From the NCBI GenBank assembly GCA_023717525.1, contig JAMQPK010000159.1, positions 19,284 to 83,283 of the forward strand: a stretch of DNA of 64,000 nt, written 5' to 3'. Below the pieces are notes generated by a model. That model was not told the DNA's origin and ran no database searches. It was given only the letters and a program-made list of their open reading frames with translations. The DNA is from Vicinamibacterales bacterium. GTDB taxonomy: Bacteria; Acidobacteriota; Vicinamibacteria; Vicinamibacterales; JAMQPK01. The position numbers were made by a program, and so were the translations under genes. Shown in pieces: positions 46,180 to 56,518 of the stretch (its first letter is position 1; every line of letters starts with the position of its first letter).

Positions 46180-46725
46180 CTATTTCTTGGCCTCCGCCAG
46201 AAGAGCGCTCAAAATCTTCGCGTACTCCTCGTCGGCCGCCGAAAAGGCTTTTGCGTACTCCGCGTCAGAGATCTTCTGCTTGTCCGGATCGCCGTCAAAC
46301 ATCACAGGCTTCCCGGCCTGCGTCCACGTGTCGTACATGTTGTCTTGTTTCTTCTGCGCGAGACCAGGCGCACCCATGTCCTGCACGAAGATCTTGGTGG
46401 CCGGTGGGACCGTGCCCGACAGCTCCATGTAGACGTCCCGGTACTCCTTCTTTTCCAGGCGCGGATCCATCAGTTGAGGGGCACTGTAGTGCCCAGCCAC
46501 AACCAGAAGCTGCACCCCGGGAAAGTAAAGCGCCGCCGTAAAGTGATCCGGCGCATCCGTAAGCTTTGCCGCAATGGCATCCAGCTTCTTCGCTTCCATC
46601 ACAGTAACCAGTTCTTTCGCGACACCGGCCGACTTACCCGGCTGCTGCGCGCTGCCAACGACAGAAAGACAGCACGCCGCAATGCCGATCGCGGCAATCG
46701 GCCGCAGAGCCCAGCGTCTGAACAT
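46180..46725 (-). CDS. secreted hypothetical protein
   Basis: 181 aa with a signal peptide. No family was recognised. Confidence 0.6.
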   Translation of the reverse strand: MFRRWALRPIAAIGIAACCLSVVGSAQQPGKSAGVAKELVTVMEAKKLDAIAAKLTDAPDHFTAALYFPGVQLLVVAGHYSAPQLMDPRLEKKEYRDVYMELSGTVPPATKIFVQDMGAPGLAQKKQDNMYDTWTQAGKPVMFDGDPDKQKISDAEYAKAFSAADEEYAKILSALLAEAKK

Positions 46726-46807
46726 GAGACCCCCTCGCAGCTGAACGTGTTCGATTGGAAGCGGAATCAGGCCGTTTCTACCACCAGTTGGAGGGTGGCG
46801 TCAATTC

Positions 46808-47236
46808 TCAGCCGATGAAGAGGGCGTCCTCTTCGTCCCTGCCCGCCCTCGCGGCGCGCGCGCCCTTCGACAGTTCCCGGAACAGCTCCAACACCGTTCG
46901 AAGGCCAGCCATGAGGGCGGCGCCGTCCCGGATAGGCGCGATGACCGCCCGCTGAATGGTGGACGCGGTCTCGTCGATCTTCTCTGCAAGGTCGCCGACG
47001 AGCCGGTCGACTCGCTCGACCTGGACGGCCGCGAGCGCCGTCGCGCGCGCGGCATCGCGGGCCACGGCATTCAGGTTGTCCGCCAGCGGCTTCATCTCGT
47101 GCTCGATCTGACCGACAAGCCGCGCGATGCGGCGGGCGAGCACCCAGCCGCATACCGCGGCGCCCACCTGCATCAGCGCCATAGCCATCGTCGCCACCGC
47201 GATGACCCCCAGAGAGACCTCTGCCCAGAAGCTCAC
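46808..47236 (-). CDS. DUF948-like membrane-anchored coiled-coil protein
   Basis: N-terminal TM segment followed by helical repeats. It overlaps the upstream YtxH-like gene by 4 nt. Confidence 0.7.
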   Translation of the reverse strand: MSFWAEVSLGVIAVATMAMALMQVGAAVCGWVLARRIARLVGQIEHEMKPLADNLNAVARDAARATALAAVQVERVDRLVGDLAEKIDETASTIQRAVIAPIRDGAALMAGLRTVLELFRELSKGARAARAGRDEEDALFIG

Positions 47237-47430
47237 ACGCCTACCTCTTTCGCCAGTTTAGCAAGCTCGGCCGCTTTATCCTGGCCCTCTCGAACCTTTT
47301 TGCCCAAAAACTCGCGCGTCTCCTGACCCGTGGCGGGGGCAAACAGCAACGCCAACGCGGCACCGGCCGCGGCCCCCAGCAAGAACGCCAACGTCAGGTC
47401 CCCAGCTCCCGATCCACCTTCACGAGACAT
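47233..47430 (-). CDS. YtxH-like small membrane protein
   Basis: 65 aa. The LGAAAGAALALLFAPATGQETRE pattern is typical of the YtxH domain. Confidence 0.7.
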   Translation of the reverse strand: MSREGGSGAGDLTLAFLLGAAAGAALALLFAPATGQETREFLGKKVREGQDKAAELAKLAKEVGV

Positions 47431-47488
47431 AGAAAGACTCCCGGTACCTTTTTCGGCCCAAGGCGCCGTTTTGTGCAGTCCCCGGAGG

Positions 47489-48529
47489 TCAGAAGATGCT
47501 CATCTTCATGTTCAGGAACTTCTTCGGATCCTTGCGAATATCGTCGATCAGCGTGTTCAGGTTCGTGACGGTCTTATTGATGTTCTCATACAGGGCCTGG
47601 TCATTCATCAACTTCCCCATGGTCCCCTGCCCCTTGTTCATGTTGACCAGCAGCGTCTCCAGGTTCGTCGTTGCTGAGTTGAACCGCTGATACAGAGCAT
47701 CGTCGGTCATCAGCTTCCCCATGGTCCCCCGGCCCTGATTCATGTTGGCCGTCAGACGATTCATGTTCGCCGTCATGTCGGTGACGTTCCTCGCCAACGC
47801 AGGGTCATTCATCAACTGGCCGAGGCTGCCTTGCCCCCTGTTGATCTTGTCGGTGATGGCTGTCAGATTCCGCATCGAGGTCTCAAGCTGCCGCGCGGAT
47901 TCAGGGTTGTTCAGCAAATCACCCAGCGTGCCCTTCCCCTTCGACAAACTGTCGGTCACCTGCCGGGCCGACGCGGTGAGTTGCTGTAACTCGGTGTAGA
48001 GCTGTTCGTCGGTCATCAGCTTGCCAACCGTGCCTTTGCCGGACCGCATGTCGGTGATCAGCGCGGTCAGTTCATCGATGCCCTTTCCAGCCCGCGTTGT
48101 CACATCAGACATTTGTGTCGCCGCCCCGCCGCTTGGGACATAGCCATAGGGAGGGACCGGAGTGCCGACGGTTGATGCCGTGATGTCGACGGCGCCCTCC
48201 CCGAGCAGCGACACCGACCCGATCGTCGCCAGCGACGTATCTCGCACACGCACCATGTTGTCTTTGCGGAGCTCGAGATCCATGTGAATCTCGGTGCCAA
48301 TGAATTGCACTCTGGTGACCGAGCCCACAGGCAGTCCGGCGACCCTCACAGGCGAGCCCTCGAGCACGCCGCCGGCATTCGTGAATTTCGCGCGGATGGT
48401 ATACCGCTGCCACCAGAACCCGCCCTGGCCGCTCAGCGTCAGAATCAGCCCGGTCGCAATGACGACAGCCACCACGGCCATCACGCCGACTTTCAGTTCG
48501 GACCACTTCAGTGAACGCGTACGGGGCAT
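47489..48529 (-). CDS. mlaD: MlaD/MCE-domain protein with five C-terminal tandem helical repeats
   Basis: Start MPRTRS at 48529 is preceded by AAGGAA. The protein has a TM segment and an MCE domain, then five repeats of about 35 aa of the type G(K/Q/R)G(T/S)xGxLMxDxxLY. Confidence 0.85.
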   Translation of the reverse strand: MPRTRSLKWSELKVGVMAVVAVVIATGLILTLSGQGGFWWQRYTIRAKFTNAGGVLEGSPVRVAGLPVGSVTRVQFIGTEIHMDLELRKDNMVRVRDTSLATIGSVSLLGEGAVDITASTVGTPVPPYGYVPSGGAATQMSDVTTRAGKGIDELTALITDMRSGKGTVGKLMTDEQLYTELQQLTASARQVTDSLSKGKGTLGDLLNNPESARQLETSMRNLTAITDKINRGQGSLGQLMNDPALARNVTDMTANMNRLTANMNQGRGTMGKLMTDDALYQRFNSATTNLETLLVNMNKGQGTMGKLMNDQALYENINKTVTNLNTLIDDIRKDPKKFLNMKMSIF

Positions 48530-48542
48530 TGGCCGTTCCTTT

Positions 48543-49355
48543 TCAAGACAAGAAAGCGCGAATGTACGGATCTGTGGACCCGCGCAGCTCTGCGGCGGTC
48601 CCTTCAAAAATGATGATGCCCTCTTTGAGCATCATGAACTCGGCTTCTTCGAGTTTCGGCGCCGAAGCAGGCACGAATCGAACCTCTCCGCCGTCCGGTC
48701 TGGCCTCGTGCGTCGCGACGAAGAACGCGTCGCGCAACTGATGGGTCACGAGAATCGAACTGACCTCTTCAAGATCACGTAACTTGATGATCTGTTCGTC
48801 GACCGTGTCTGCCGTGATGGGATCGAGTCCCGTCGTCGGCTCATCGTAGAGAAGAATGCCGGGTTTCACGGCCATCGCCCGCGCGATTGCGACACGTCTT
48901 CGCTGCCCACCGGAGAGTTCGGAAGGCATCCGATCGATGAACTGTCCAAGGCCGACGAAGCCCAGGACCTCCTGAACACGCTCCCTCACCCTGTCGAGCG
49001 GCACGTCGGTTTCCTCATAGAGTTTGTAGCCCACGTTCTCGCCGACGGTCAGGGAGTCAAACAGCGCGCCTTCCTGAAACACCATGCCCAGGTCGGCGCG
49101 CACGTTCATCATCTGCTCTTCCGTCATTTGATCGATACGCTCGCCGTTCACCCAGATTTCTCCGCCATCCGGCTTCAGCAACCCGAGGATCAGCTTGAGC
49201 GAGATCGACTTGCCTGCTCCGCTTGCGCCGAGGATCACCTTCGTATGCCCTCTGCGGAGTGTGAAGCTGACGTCACGCAACACGACAGTATCGTCAAATG
49301 CCAACGACACGTGGTTGAACACAAGCACTTCGGGGTCCTGGAGTTGGTCGGCCAT
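48543..49355 (-). CDS. mlaF: ABC transporter ATP-binding protein (MlaF-like)
   Basis: Walker A GASGAGKS, signature LSGGQRRR, Walker B LLYDEPT. Confidence 0.9.
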   Translation of the reverse strand: MADQLQDPEVLVFNHVSLAFDDTVVLRDVSFTLRRGHTKVILGASGAGKSISLKLILGLLKPDGGEIWVNGERIDQMTEEQMMNVRADLGMVFQEGALFDSLTVGENVGYKLYEETDVPLDRVRERVQEVLGFVGLGQFIDRMPSELSGGQRRRVAIARAMAVKPGILLYDEPTTGLDPITADTVDEQIIKLRDLEEVSSILVTHQLRDAFFVATHEARPDGGEVRFVPASAPKLEEAEFMMLKEGIIIFEGTAAELRGSTDPYIRAFLS

Positions 49356-50129
49356 CTAGTACAAAAGGGTAATCAACAGGCGCGTCAAGAAGAAATCCGC
49401 CGCCAATACGGCAACCGACGCCGCGACGACGGCGTTCGTCGTCGATCGGCCGACGCCCTGCGTGCCACCTCTCGTGCGCAGGCCCACGTGACAGCCGATG
49501 CTCACGATGATGAACCCGAGGAAGACCGGCTTGATCAGCCCCATCCACGCGTCCTCCACGTAGAGGCCGTCGGTGACCGACTTCCAGTATTGCGTCGACG
49601 CGACCTGCAGCTGAAGGACGGCGATAATGCCCCCGCCGATGATCCCGATGAAGTCCGAGATGACTGTCAGGATCGGAGCCATGATGACACCGGCGATCAC
49701 GCGTGGCACGACCAGCTTGCGGATCGGGTCGGTTCCGAGCGCGCGCAACGCGTTGATCTGATCGGTCACCACCATCGATCCAAGCTCGGCCGCGATACCC
49801 GATCCCACGCGGCCTGCAAGCATCAAGGACGTCAGCACGGGGCCGAGCTCCTTCACCATCGTCGCACTCACCAGGCGGCCGACGACGGGCCTCGCCCCAA
49901 ACTGATCCAGCGTGAGGCCGCTCTGCAGCGCCAGCACCGCTCCAGTGAAGACACCCGTCAACACGACGACGGTGAGCGACCCCCATCCGATCGCGTCCAG
50001 TTGCTCGACCACGTCGTGAAAATAGAACGGCCGGGTGAAGGCACCGCGAATAGTGGCAGCGCAGAGCCTGACGTATTCCTGAACCTCGGCGATGGCGGAC
50101 TTCAACCATTCATCTAACAGCGTGAACAC
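49356..50129 (-). CDS. mlaE: MlaE-family ABC permease
   Basis: 257 aa with the MlaE-like membrane profile. The GTG start lies 1 nt after the uvrB stop. Confidence 0.9.
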   Translation of the reverse strand: MFTLLDEWLKSAIAEVQEYVRLCAATIRGAFTRPFYFHDVVEQLDAIGWGSLTVVVLTGVFTGAVLALQSGLTLDQFGARPVVGRLVSATMVKELGPVLTSLMLAGRVGSGIAAELGSMVVTDQINALRALGTDPIRKLVVPRVIAGVIMAPILTVISDFIGIIGGGIIAVLQLQVASTQYWKSVTDGLYVEDAWMGLIKPVFLGFIIVSIGCHVGLRTRGGTQGVGRSTTNAVVAASVAVLAADFFLTRLLITLLY

Positions 50130-50130
50130 A

Positions 50131-52152
50131 TCAGCTCCGGTTGGTCCTCGCGGCGGCGAGCCCGAGCTCGCGCCCCTTCAGCGTCTTGATCCTGTCACGA
50201 AGTGTCGCAGCGCGCTCGAAGTCCAGATTCGCCGCCGCCTGGCGCATCTGCGCCTGAAGCGCCTCGATTCTCGACTCGATCTCGTCCGGGCTCAGGAACG
50301 CTTCGCGGTCTTCCATCACCATCGGCGTCGAGTAATCGTGCTGATAGATGCTCAAGGACGCATCATCGATGGCCTTCACGATCGAGGCGGGTGTAATGCC
50401 GTGCTCGGTGTTGTAGGCTTCCTGCAGCTTGCGCCGGCGCTCGGTTTCACTCAGCGCGACTCGCATCGAGTCGGTCACCGTGTCAGCATACATGATGACC
50501 CGTCCGTTGACGTTGCGGGCCGCCCGCCCTGACGTTTGAATGAGGGAGCCAGCCGATCGCAGAAATCCCTCCTTGTCGGCGTCAAGAATCGCGACCAGCG
50601 ATACTTCCGGCAGGTCCAGGCCTTCACGCAGCAGGTTGATGCCAACGAGGACGTCGAACTCGCCAAGTCTGAGCCCGCGCAAAATCTGGACGCGCTCGAG
50701 GGTCTCGATTTCGGAATGCAGATAGCGGACCTTCACGCCGAGCTCCTGATAGTACGTCGTGAGATCCTCGGCCATCCGTTTCGTCAAGGTTGTCACCAAC
50801 ACCCGGGATCCTTCGGCCGCTCGTTGCCGGATCTCTGCAAGCAGGTCGTCTATTTGCCCTTTCACCGGGCGAATGTCGATCGGCGGGTCCTTCAGTCCCG
50901 TCGGGCGGATGATTTGCTCGACCACCACGCCGCCGGCCTTGCCCAGCTCGTACGCGCCAGGCGTTGCCGACACGAAAATCGCCTGCCGCGATCGCTCCTC
51001 CCATTCCGCGAACGTCAGCGGCCGGTTGTCGAGCGCCGAGGGCAGGCGGAAACCAAATTCCACCAGCACCTCTTTTCGCGACCGGTCGCCGTGATACATC
51101 CCGCGAATCTGGGGAACCGTCTGGTGGCTCTCGTCCACGACAATCAAGGCATCGTCCGGCAGGTAATCAAGCAGCGTCGGCGGCGGCTCACCAGGCGCCC
51201 GACCCGTCAGGTGACGCGCGTAATTCTCGATGCCGTGGCAATAGCCGATCTCTTTCATCATCTCGAGATCGAACATTGTCCGCTGATGCAGTCGCTGCGC
51301 CTCGAGAACCTTCCCCATCTTCTCCAGGTCGGTCCGTCGCTCGACGAGCTCTGCCTTGATCGTCTCGACCGCGCTCCGGGTCTGATCCCTTGGCGCGACG
51401 AAGTGAGACTTTGGATACACGGCGATCTTGTCGTGCCGGCGGCCCGCTTTGCCCGTGAGGGGATCGAAGGTGGTGAGCGCATCGACATCGTCGCCGAAGA
51501 GCTCTATTCGCAGGGCCTGCTCTTCATACGAGGGATAGACCTCGACGACGTCACCGCGCACGCGGAACGTGCCGCGGGTGAATTCGAGATCGTTGCGTTC
51601 GTATTGAATCTCGACAAGCTTTCGAAGAATCTGATCGCGCGGAATCCGCTGACCGACCTGTAGCGGCAGGAGCATTCCGTAGTACGCCTCAGGCGACCCG
51701 AGCCCGTAGATGCAGGACACGCTCGTGACGATGATGACGTCGCGGCGCTCGAACAGCGATCGCGTGGCCGACAGCCGCATGCGATCGATCTCGTCGTTGA
51801 TCGTCGCTTCCTTTTCGATGTACGAGTCGGTGGAGGGTACGTAGGCTTCCGGCTGGTAGTAGTCGTAATAGCTGACGAAGTACTCGACCGCGTTCTCGGG
51901 GAAAAACCGCCGGAATTCCTGATAGAGCTGGGCCGCAAGGGTCTTGTTGTGGACCATGACCAGCGCGGGCCGATTCACGTTGGCAATGACGTGCGCCATC
52001 GTGAAGGTCTTCCCGGAGCCGGTCACCCCCAGCAGGACCTGACTTCGATCGCCGCGCTCGAGCCCCTCGGTAAGCTCAGAAATCGCGCGTTGCTGATCGC
52101 CGCGGAGCTCGAAGTCTGAAACGAGCGTGAACTTGTCTAAGTACGAGGGCAT
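50131..52152 (-). CDS. uvrB: excinuclease ABC subunit B
   Basis: 673 aa with [10 protein letters not shown], helicase motifs and a C-terminal UVR domain. Confidence 0.97.
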   Translation of the reverse strand: MPSYLDKFTLVSDFELRGDQQRAISELTEGLERGDRSQVLLGVTGSGKTFTMAHVIANVNRPALVMVHNKTLAAQLYQEFRRFFPENAVEYFVSYYDYYQPEAYVPSTDSYIEKEATINDEIDRMRLSATRSLFERRDVIIVTSVSCIYGLGSPEAYYGMLLPLQVGQRIPRDQILRKLVEIQYERNDLEFTRGTFRVRGDVVEVYPSYEEQALRIELFGDDVDALTTFDPLTGKAGRRHDKIAVYPKSHFVAPRDQTRSAVETIKAELVERRTDLEKMGKVLEAQRLHQRTMFDLEMMKEIGYCHGIENYARHLTGRAPGEPPPTLLDYLPDDALIVVDESHQTVPQIRGMYHGDRSRKEVLVEFGFRLPSALDNRPLTFAEWEERSRQAIFVSATPGAYELGKAGGVVVEQIIRPTGLKDPPIDIRPVKGQIDDLLAEIRQRAAEGSRVLVTTLTKRMAEDLTTYYQELGVKVRYLHSEIETLERVQILRGLRLGEFDVLVGINLLREGLDLPEVSLVAILDADKEGFLRSAGSLIQTSGRAARNVNGRVIMYADTVTDSMRVALSETERRRKLQEAYNTEHGITPASIVKAIDDASLSIYQHDYSTPMVMEDREAFLSPDEIESRIEALQAQMRQAAANLDFERAATLRDRIKTLKGRELGLAAARTNRS

Positions 52153-52223
52153 GGTTCAATCCGGCACAGCCCGGTTTCCTTGGTGGTGCCGAACAGGGAA
52201 TCGTACTACAGTTTCGGACGTCG

Positions 52224-52270
52224 ATCACGAAGGCACGAAGGACACAGACACAACTTCGTGTCTTCGTGAT
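52224..52270. repeat. 17-bp-stem palindrome abutting the VWA gene stop codon
   Basis: atcacgaaggcacgaag (52224-52240) pairs with cttcgtgtcttcgtgat (52254-52270) with 1 mismatch. The arm contains cacgaagg twice. No U-tract follows on either strand. Confidence 0.6.
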
Positions 52271-53197
52271 CTATTTGGATGGTGCAAAGTAACCCTGCCT
52301 GGTACGCACTTGCAGTCGTTCCGCTGACGGGCGTTTCACCCGCACTTCGACTTTGCGCCACTTACCGTCTTTCGCGACGTTACTGGACACGTAGCCGAGG
52401 GTGTACTGGTTGTTGATTTCGTCGCTGATGCGGCTGTAGATCCCGTCGAGCTCCTTCATCGTGCCGGGGAACAAGGCGATGCCGCCGGTGAGACTCGCCA
52501 TCTCGTTCAAGATGCCCTGCTGGACGAGGCGGGCCGACCCCTGACCCTGATGGGCCATGAATCCGATGGGATACACGGTCACATCGGAAGCCTTCAGCAG
52601 CCGGGTCGCTTCCCGCCACGATCGCGAGCTCGCGGAATCGCCGCCGTCGGTGTAAATGACGAGCACCTTCCGGCCGGTCTGGTCGAACGCCGCACCCAGA
52701 TAGACACTCAGGGCGTCAAACAGCGCTGTCATACCCTTCGCAGGCCGGTTACGGATCCTGGCAACCAGGCGCGCGAACTCCGCCCGCGAAAATGTCGCGG
52801 CGCGCACTTCTGTCGCAAAGTCGACGAATGTGAAATCGACCGCCTGTGGAAATGTATTCAGGAACTTGATCGCGGCCCCCCGGGAGAACGAGAGGTCCTT
52901 CTCCATGCTCTCACTGGTATCGAACATCAAGCCGATATGGAGGGGGACGGACTGATCGTTGCCGCCAGCACTGAAATAAGTGACGTCTTGCGCAACGCCA
53001 TCCTCCCTCACCTCAAAATCGCCTGACGTGAGGCCGCCAACGGGGGCGTTGCTGCGTTCGGCGACGGTGACGGAGAACCCGACCAGGTCGATGCCGGCTT
53101 TGTAGCGAATCTGCGAGGCAGAGCTGACCGCTGCCGCGCTGGCCACGACAAGAGCCACGATCGGCGCACATCCATGCATAAGGGGCGTATAATGCAT
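52271..53197 (-). CDS. VWA domain protein (VWFA-related acidobacterial-type)
   Basis: Signal peptide, an N-terminal beta region (FEVREDGV.Q) and a VWA domain with the MIDAS-like motif DTSESM. Confidence 0.8.
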   Translation of the reverse strand: MHYTPLMHGCAPIVALVVASAAAVSSASQIRYKAGIDLVGFSVTVAERSNAPVGGLTSGDFEVREDGVAQDVTYFSAGGNDQSVPLHIGLMFDTSESMEKDLSFSRGAAIKFLNTFPQAVDFTFVDFATEVRAATFSRAEFARLVARIRNRPAKGMTALFDALSVYLGAAFDQTGRKVLVIYTDGGDSASSRSWREATRLLKASDVTVYPIGFMAHQGQGSARLVQQGILNEMASLTGGIALFPGTMKELDGIYSRISDEINNQYTLGYVSSNVAKDGKWRKVEVRVKRPSAERLQVRTRQGYFAPSK

Positions 53198-53227
53198 AGT
53201 TTACAGCGATAGCGTGACGAGCTTCAT

Positions 53228-54664
53228 ATGAGGTGCCTCGCCGTTTGCCAAGACGAGCTGGTCATCAGGATGCTGAACGAAATCCTGGCGCCCAGTATCG
53301 AGGTCGATTTCCTGGTCGAAAGCCGCGCGCTCGCGCGTAGGCTCCACGATGGGGATCTGCCTGTTACGGCCGGCGATATCCGCCGAACGGACACCTACAT
53401 CAAGGCCGATCTCTCGCCGCAAACCTCCGTCATTATCGAGGATACCGGGCGGCGAAACCTTCCGAAAGTCATCGATGCCATCAGAGATGCCGGAGGCGTC
53501 CTGATTTACGTCCTGGGAGTCGGCACGGCCGACAAGGAATCCCGGGCGGAGACAATCAGGGCGCAGTTTCCAGACGTTTCCTATCTGTCGCTGTCGGAGC
53601 TGTTCGAAGGCCCGCTCCTGAAGGAGTTCAGCCGCGCGCTGACCCGTGCGCGTGTTCAGCAGTACCAGCGGTACCTTTCAGATGCCGATCGCATCCTGAT
53701 CCTTCTCCACAATGAACCCGATCCCGACGCCATGGCCAGCGGCCTCGCGCTTCGCACGGTGCTTCACCGCACGAAGGCAACCGCCGTGATCGCTGCGCTC
53801 GAAGGCGTCACTCGGCCCGAGAACGTCAGGATGGCGCACCTGCTCGACATCCACGTGGAGACGATCAGACCGGAACAGATAGAGGAATTCGACCGCATCG
53901 CCATGGTCGACGTTCAGCCGCACTACTTCGACGGAATCATCGATCGCGTCGATCTCGTCATCGACCACCATCCTGAACAGCACGGGTACAACGCCGTGTT
54001 CAAGGATATCCGCGAAGACTACGGCTCCACCTGCACGATCCTCACCGAGCACCTGCGGGCAGTCGACGCGCCGATCTCCGAACGTACGGCCACCGCGATG
54101 CTCTACGCAATCAAGTCCGACACGCTCTTCTTCAATCGTCAGGCCAACCGCTGCGACATCGACGCGTTTTCGTACCTGTATCCCCTTGCGGACGCGACCC
54201 TCATCCGGCGCATGGAAGGCGCGGAAATCACGATCGAACGGCTGCAGTTTGTCGTCAGAGCGACCGAGCACGGCAAGATGGTCGATCAGATTTTCTCGGT
54301 CTTCCTCGGCGACGTACCGAGGGATGACGTCGTACCGTATGTCGCTGACTTCTTCCTGCAGCTCGAGAATGTGAAGTGGACGCTGGTCGCTGGGATCGTA
54401 AACGGTTCGTTCGTCATGTCCGTGCGCAACCTGGGGTATTCGCGAAATGCCGGCGATTTCGTGCGCAAGTATTTCGTGGAGATTGGCTCGGCGGGCGGCC
54501 ATCGCTCGATGGCCAAGGCCGTGGTTCCGTTGGGGGCCTTCAAGGAGCGCTTTGGCGACGTCGACGAGCGACGCATGACCGAAACGATGATCGATCTACT
54601 ACAGGAGTTCCTGCACGAGGCGCCGGAAGACAAGAGGAAGAAGGAACCCGTAGGGAGCCACTGA
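53228..54664 (+). CDS. DHH/DHHA1 family phosphoesterase with roughly 150-aa N-terminal domain
   Basis: DHH motifs HNEPDPDA, DHH (VIDHHPE) and DHHA1 GGH (GSAGGHRSMA). Confidence 0.8.
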   Translation: MRCLAVCQDELVIRMLNEILAPSIEVDFLVESRALARRLHDGDLPVTAGDIRRTDTYIKADLSPQTSVIIEDTGRRNLPKVIDAIRDAGGVLIYVLGVGTADKESRAETIRAQFPDVSYLSLSELFEGPLLKEFSRALTRARVQQYQRYLSDADRILILLHNEPDPDAMASGLALRTVLHRTKATAVIAALEGVTRPENVRMAHLLDIHVETIRPEQIEEFDRIAMVDVQPHYFDGIIDRVDLVIDHHPEQHGYNAVFKDIREDYGSTCTILTEHLRAVDAPISERTATAMLYAIKSDTLFFNRQANRCDIDAFSYLYPLADATLIRRMEGAEITIERLQFVVRATEHGKMVDQIFSVFLGDVPRDDVVPYVADFFLQLENVKWTLVAGIVNGSFVMSVRNLGYSRNAGDFVRKYFVEIGSAGGHRSMAKAVVPLGAFKERFGDVDERRMTETMIDLLQEFLHEAPEDKRKKEPVGSH

Positions 54665-54666
54665 AA

Positions 54667-56016
54667 CTAGCGTCCTGGTTCGTCTGCGCCTCCGACTTCG
54701 GGCTCGATAAACTGCCGATACGCGTCTTCATAGCCACGATCCACGAGCTCGCTGAGGCTCTGAAAGCGATTCGATCGCTCGTCAAATGCCCCCTCGAAAT
54801 CGAATGAGCCCACAGGATTGTGGGCCGGCTGAATCAAGAACACGCCGCGGAAACGCTCACCGTGCATACGAGTAGCATCGCGAACCGCGGCGGCCTCGGC
54901 GGCCGAGAGATGCTCCGCCAATCGTGCCTCGAGCGTGCCGGTGTTTCTGCTGAGCCGATGAGGCGCAGAGCGATCCGCAGTGGCCGACGCGACGATGACC
55001 TGCTCGACGCCCGCGTACGAGAGCTCGAACAGCAGACGGCCGACAGCCCCCGGCCGATCGCACGTTCGATGCACTTCTCCCTTCCAGTAGCTCTCCGGAG
55101 AGAATGCAATCGGCTGAGGCTCGGTCAGCGCCGGCAGGCTCAATGAACCGGCGAGTGCGTCCAGGACATGATGCCGGCCCGTACCAGCCAGATCGATCAG
55201 GTCACCCGATGCCTCCGGCCGATGGAAGAACGCCTGACGACGTGACTCCGCAAGCGCGGCGAACACCAGGTCAGTGCGCGTCTCAAGGTTGAGAGTCGTC
55301 AGAATCAACTCGCGGAATCCCGGCTGCCCAAGATTATCGATCAGCAGTTCTGTATATCGGCGGCTGAACTCCGGCGTGGGCGGCTGCTTGGCGCTTGTGG
55401 GCCCCCTGAAAAGCTGCCAGAGAGACTGCTGAACGTGACGCAGCCCGGGATCGCTCGTCCATGGCGAACCGACGAGCCTGCCCCACCATCGGCCGCGGTC
55501 GCCGTGGCGCGCCGCTGAAACAGCGAGCACAATGGACGCCGCCGCGATCAGGAGCACCACGAATCTCGGAATCACCGTGGGCAGCGCCGGCGGCGAAAAC
55601 GCCGCGCCAATCATCGATGCGTACGCGGCGGCCATCCGGCTTCCGGCATCGACATTGATCATCTGAACCAGAAAACTCAACGGATAGGCGATGAGCCCGG
55701 TCGCAAGCACGAGCAGGGGGACGAGCAGCACCGCGGACGCCAGGAGCGCCAGCAGCGCCGCCGACTGCAGCGCAGGACGCCATCGATACCAGCGAACCGC
55801 CGGCCGGCGCCGCCAGAGACCGCCTTCTTCCCAGACCCTCGGCGCGGCGTCGATCGCCGCAAACACTGCGCCGACCGCGCCGATTCCCCGGCCGCCGATC
55901 ACATCGATCTTCACGCCGGCCTCATGCAGAGCCCGCAGGACTCCTGCGTGATAGGCCCCGGCCGTGCCGCTGCCGCTCAGCAGAACGGCGGTTCTGAGAT
56001 GTGGGGAATAGCTCAC
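54667..56016 (-). CDS. patatin-like protein lacking the canonical nucleophile serine, with membrane insertion
   Basis: The N-terminus LLSGSGTAGAYHAGVLRAL..VIGGRGIGAVGA aligns to the patatin GGGxxG...GxSxG region, but the Ser position reads Gly. Two hydrophobic segments are present. The GTG start overlaps the greA stop as GTGA. Confidence 0.65.
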   Translation of the reverse strand: MSYSPHLRTAVLLSGSGTAGAYHAGVLRALHEAGVKIDVIGGRGIGAVGAVFAAIDAAPRVWEEGGLWRRRPAVRWYRWRPALQSAALLALLASAVLLVPLLVLATGLIAYPLSFLVQMINVDAGSRMAAAYASMIGAAFSPPALPTVIPRFVVLLIAAASIVLAVSAARHGDRGRWWGRLVGSPWTSDPGLRHVQQSLWQLFRGPTSAKQPPTPEFSRRYTELLIDNLGQPGFRELILTTLNLETRTDLVFAALAESRRQAFFHRPEASGDLIDLAGTGRHHVLDALAGSLSLPALTEPQPIAFSPESYWKGEVHRTCDRPGAVGRLLFELSYAGVEQVIVASATADRSAPHRLSRNTGTLEARLAEHLSAAEAAAVRDATRMHGERFRGVFLIQPAHNPVGSFDFEGAFDERSNRFQSLSELVDRGYEDAYRQFIEPEVGGADEPGR

Positions 56017-56480
56017 GCCTCGTCGTGAACGGTGATGAGCTTGAGGATCTCGAAGTTTCTGGGGCCGTTCGGTGTGGAGACGCGTATTTCGTCGCCTTCC
56101 GTCCTGCCGACAATCGCACGTCCGATCGGCGAGCTGGTCGAAATGAGTCCCTTCGCCGCATCGGCCTCTTCCGGCATGACGAGCTGAAAGATCACCTTCT
56201 CGCCATTGTCCTCGCGCAGGTGCACAGTCGATCCGAAGGCCGCCTTGTCGTGGGGAATCTTGTCGAGGTTCATGATCGAAATCTCGGCGATGCGCTTCCT
56301 CAACATGGCGAGCCGGCTGTTGACGATCGTCTGTCGATCCTTCGCTGCCTGATACTCGGCGTTCTCGCGCAGATCGCCGAGCTCGCGCGCGCGCTGTATT
56401 TCCTTTGGCAGCTCGTGATGAAGCTCGCGCTCGAGCTCGGACACTTCATCTTCGAATTTCTTGAGGATTTTCGCCTTCAT
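56013..56480 (-). CDS. greA: transcription elongation factor GreA
   Basis: Start MKAKILKKFEDEV at 56480, with the hallmark GDLRENAEYQAAK motif. Confidence 0.9.
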   Translation of the reverse strand: MKAKILKKFEDEVSELERELHHELPKEIQRARELGDLRENAEYQAAKDRQTIVNSRLAMLRKRIAEISIMNLDKIPHDKAAFGSTVHLREDNGEKVIFQLVMPEEADAAKGLISTSSPIGRAIVGRTEGDEIRVSTPNGPRNFEILKLITVHDEA

Positions 56481-56518
56481 TCGCCAGAAAATCTTAGCAC
56501 ATCTGCTATGCTCTCCAG

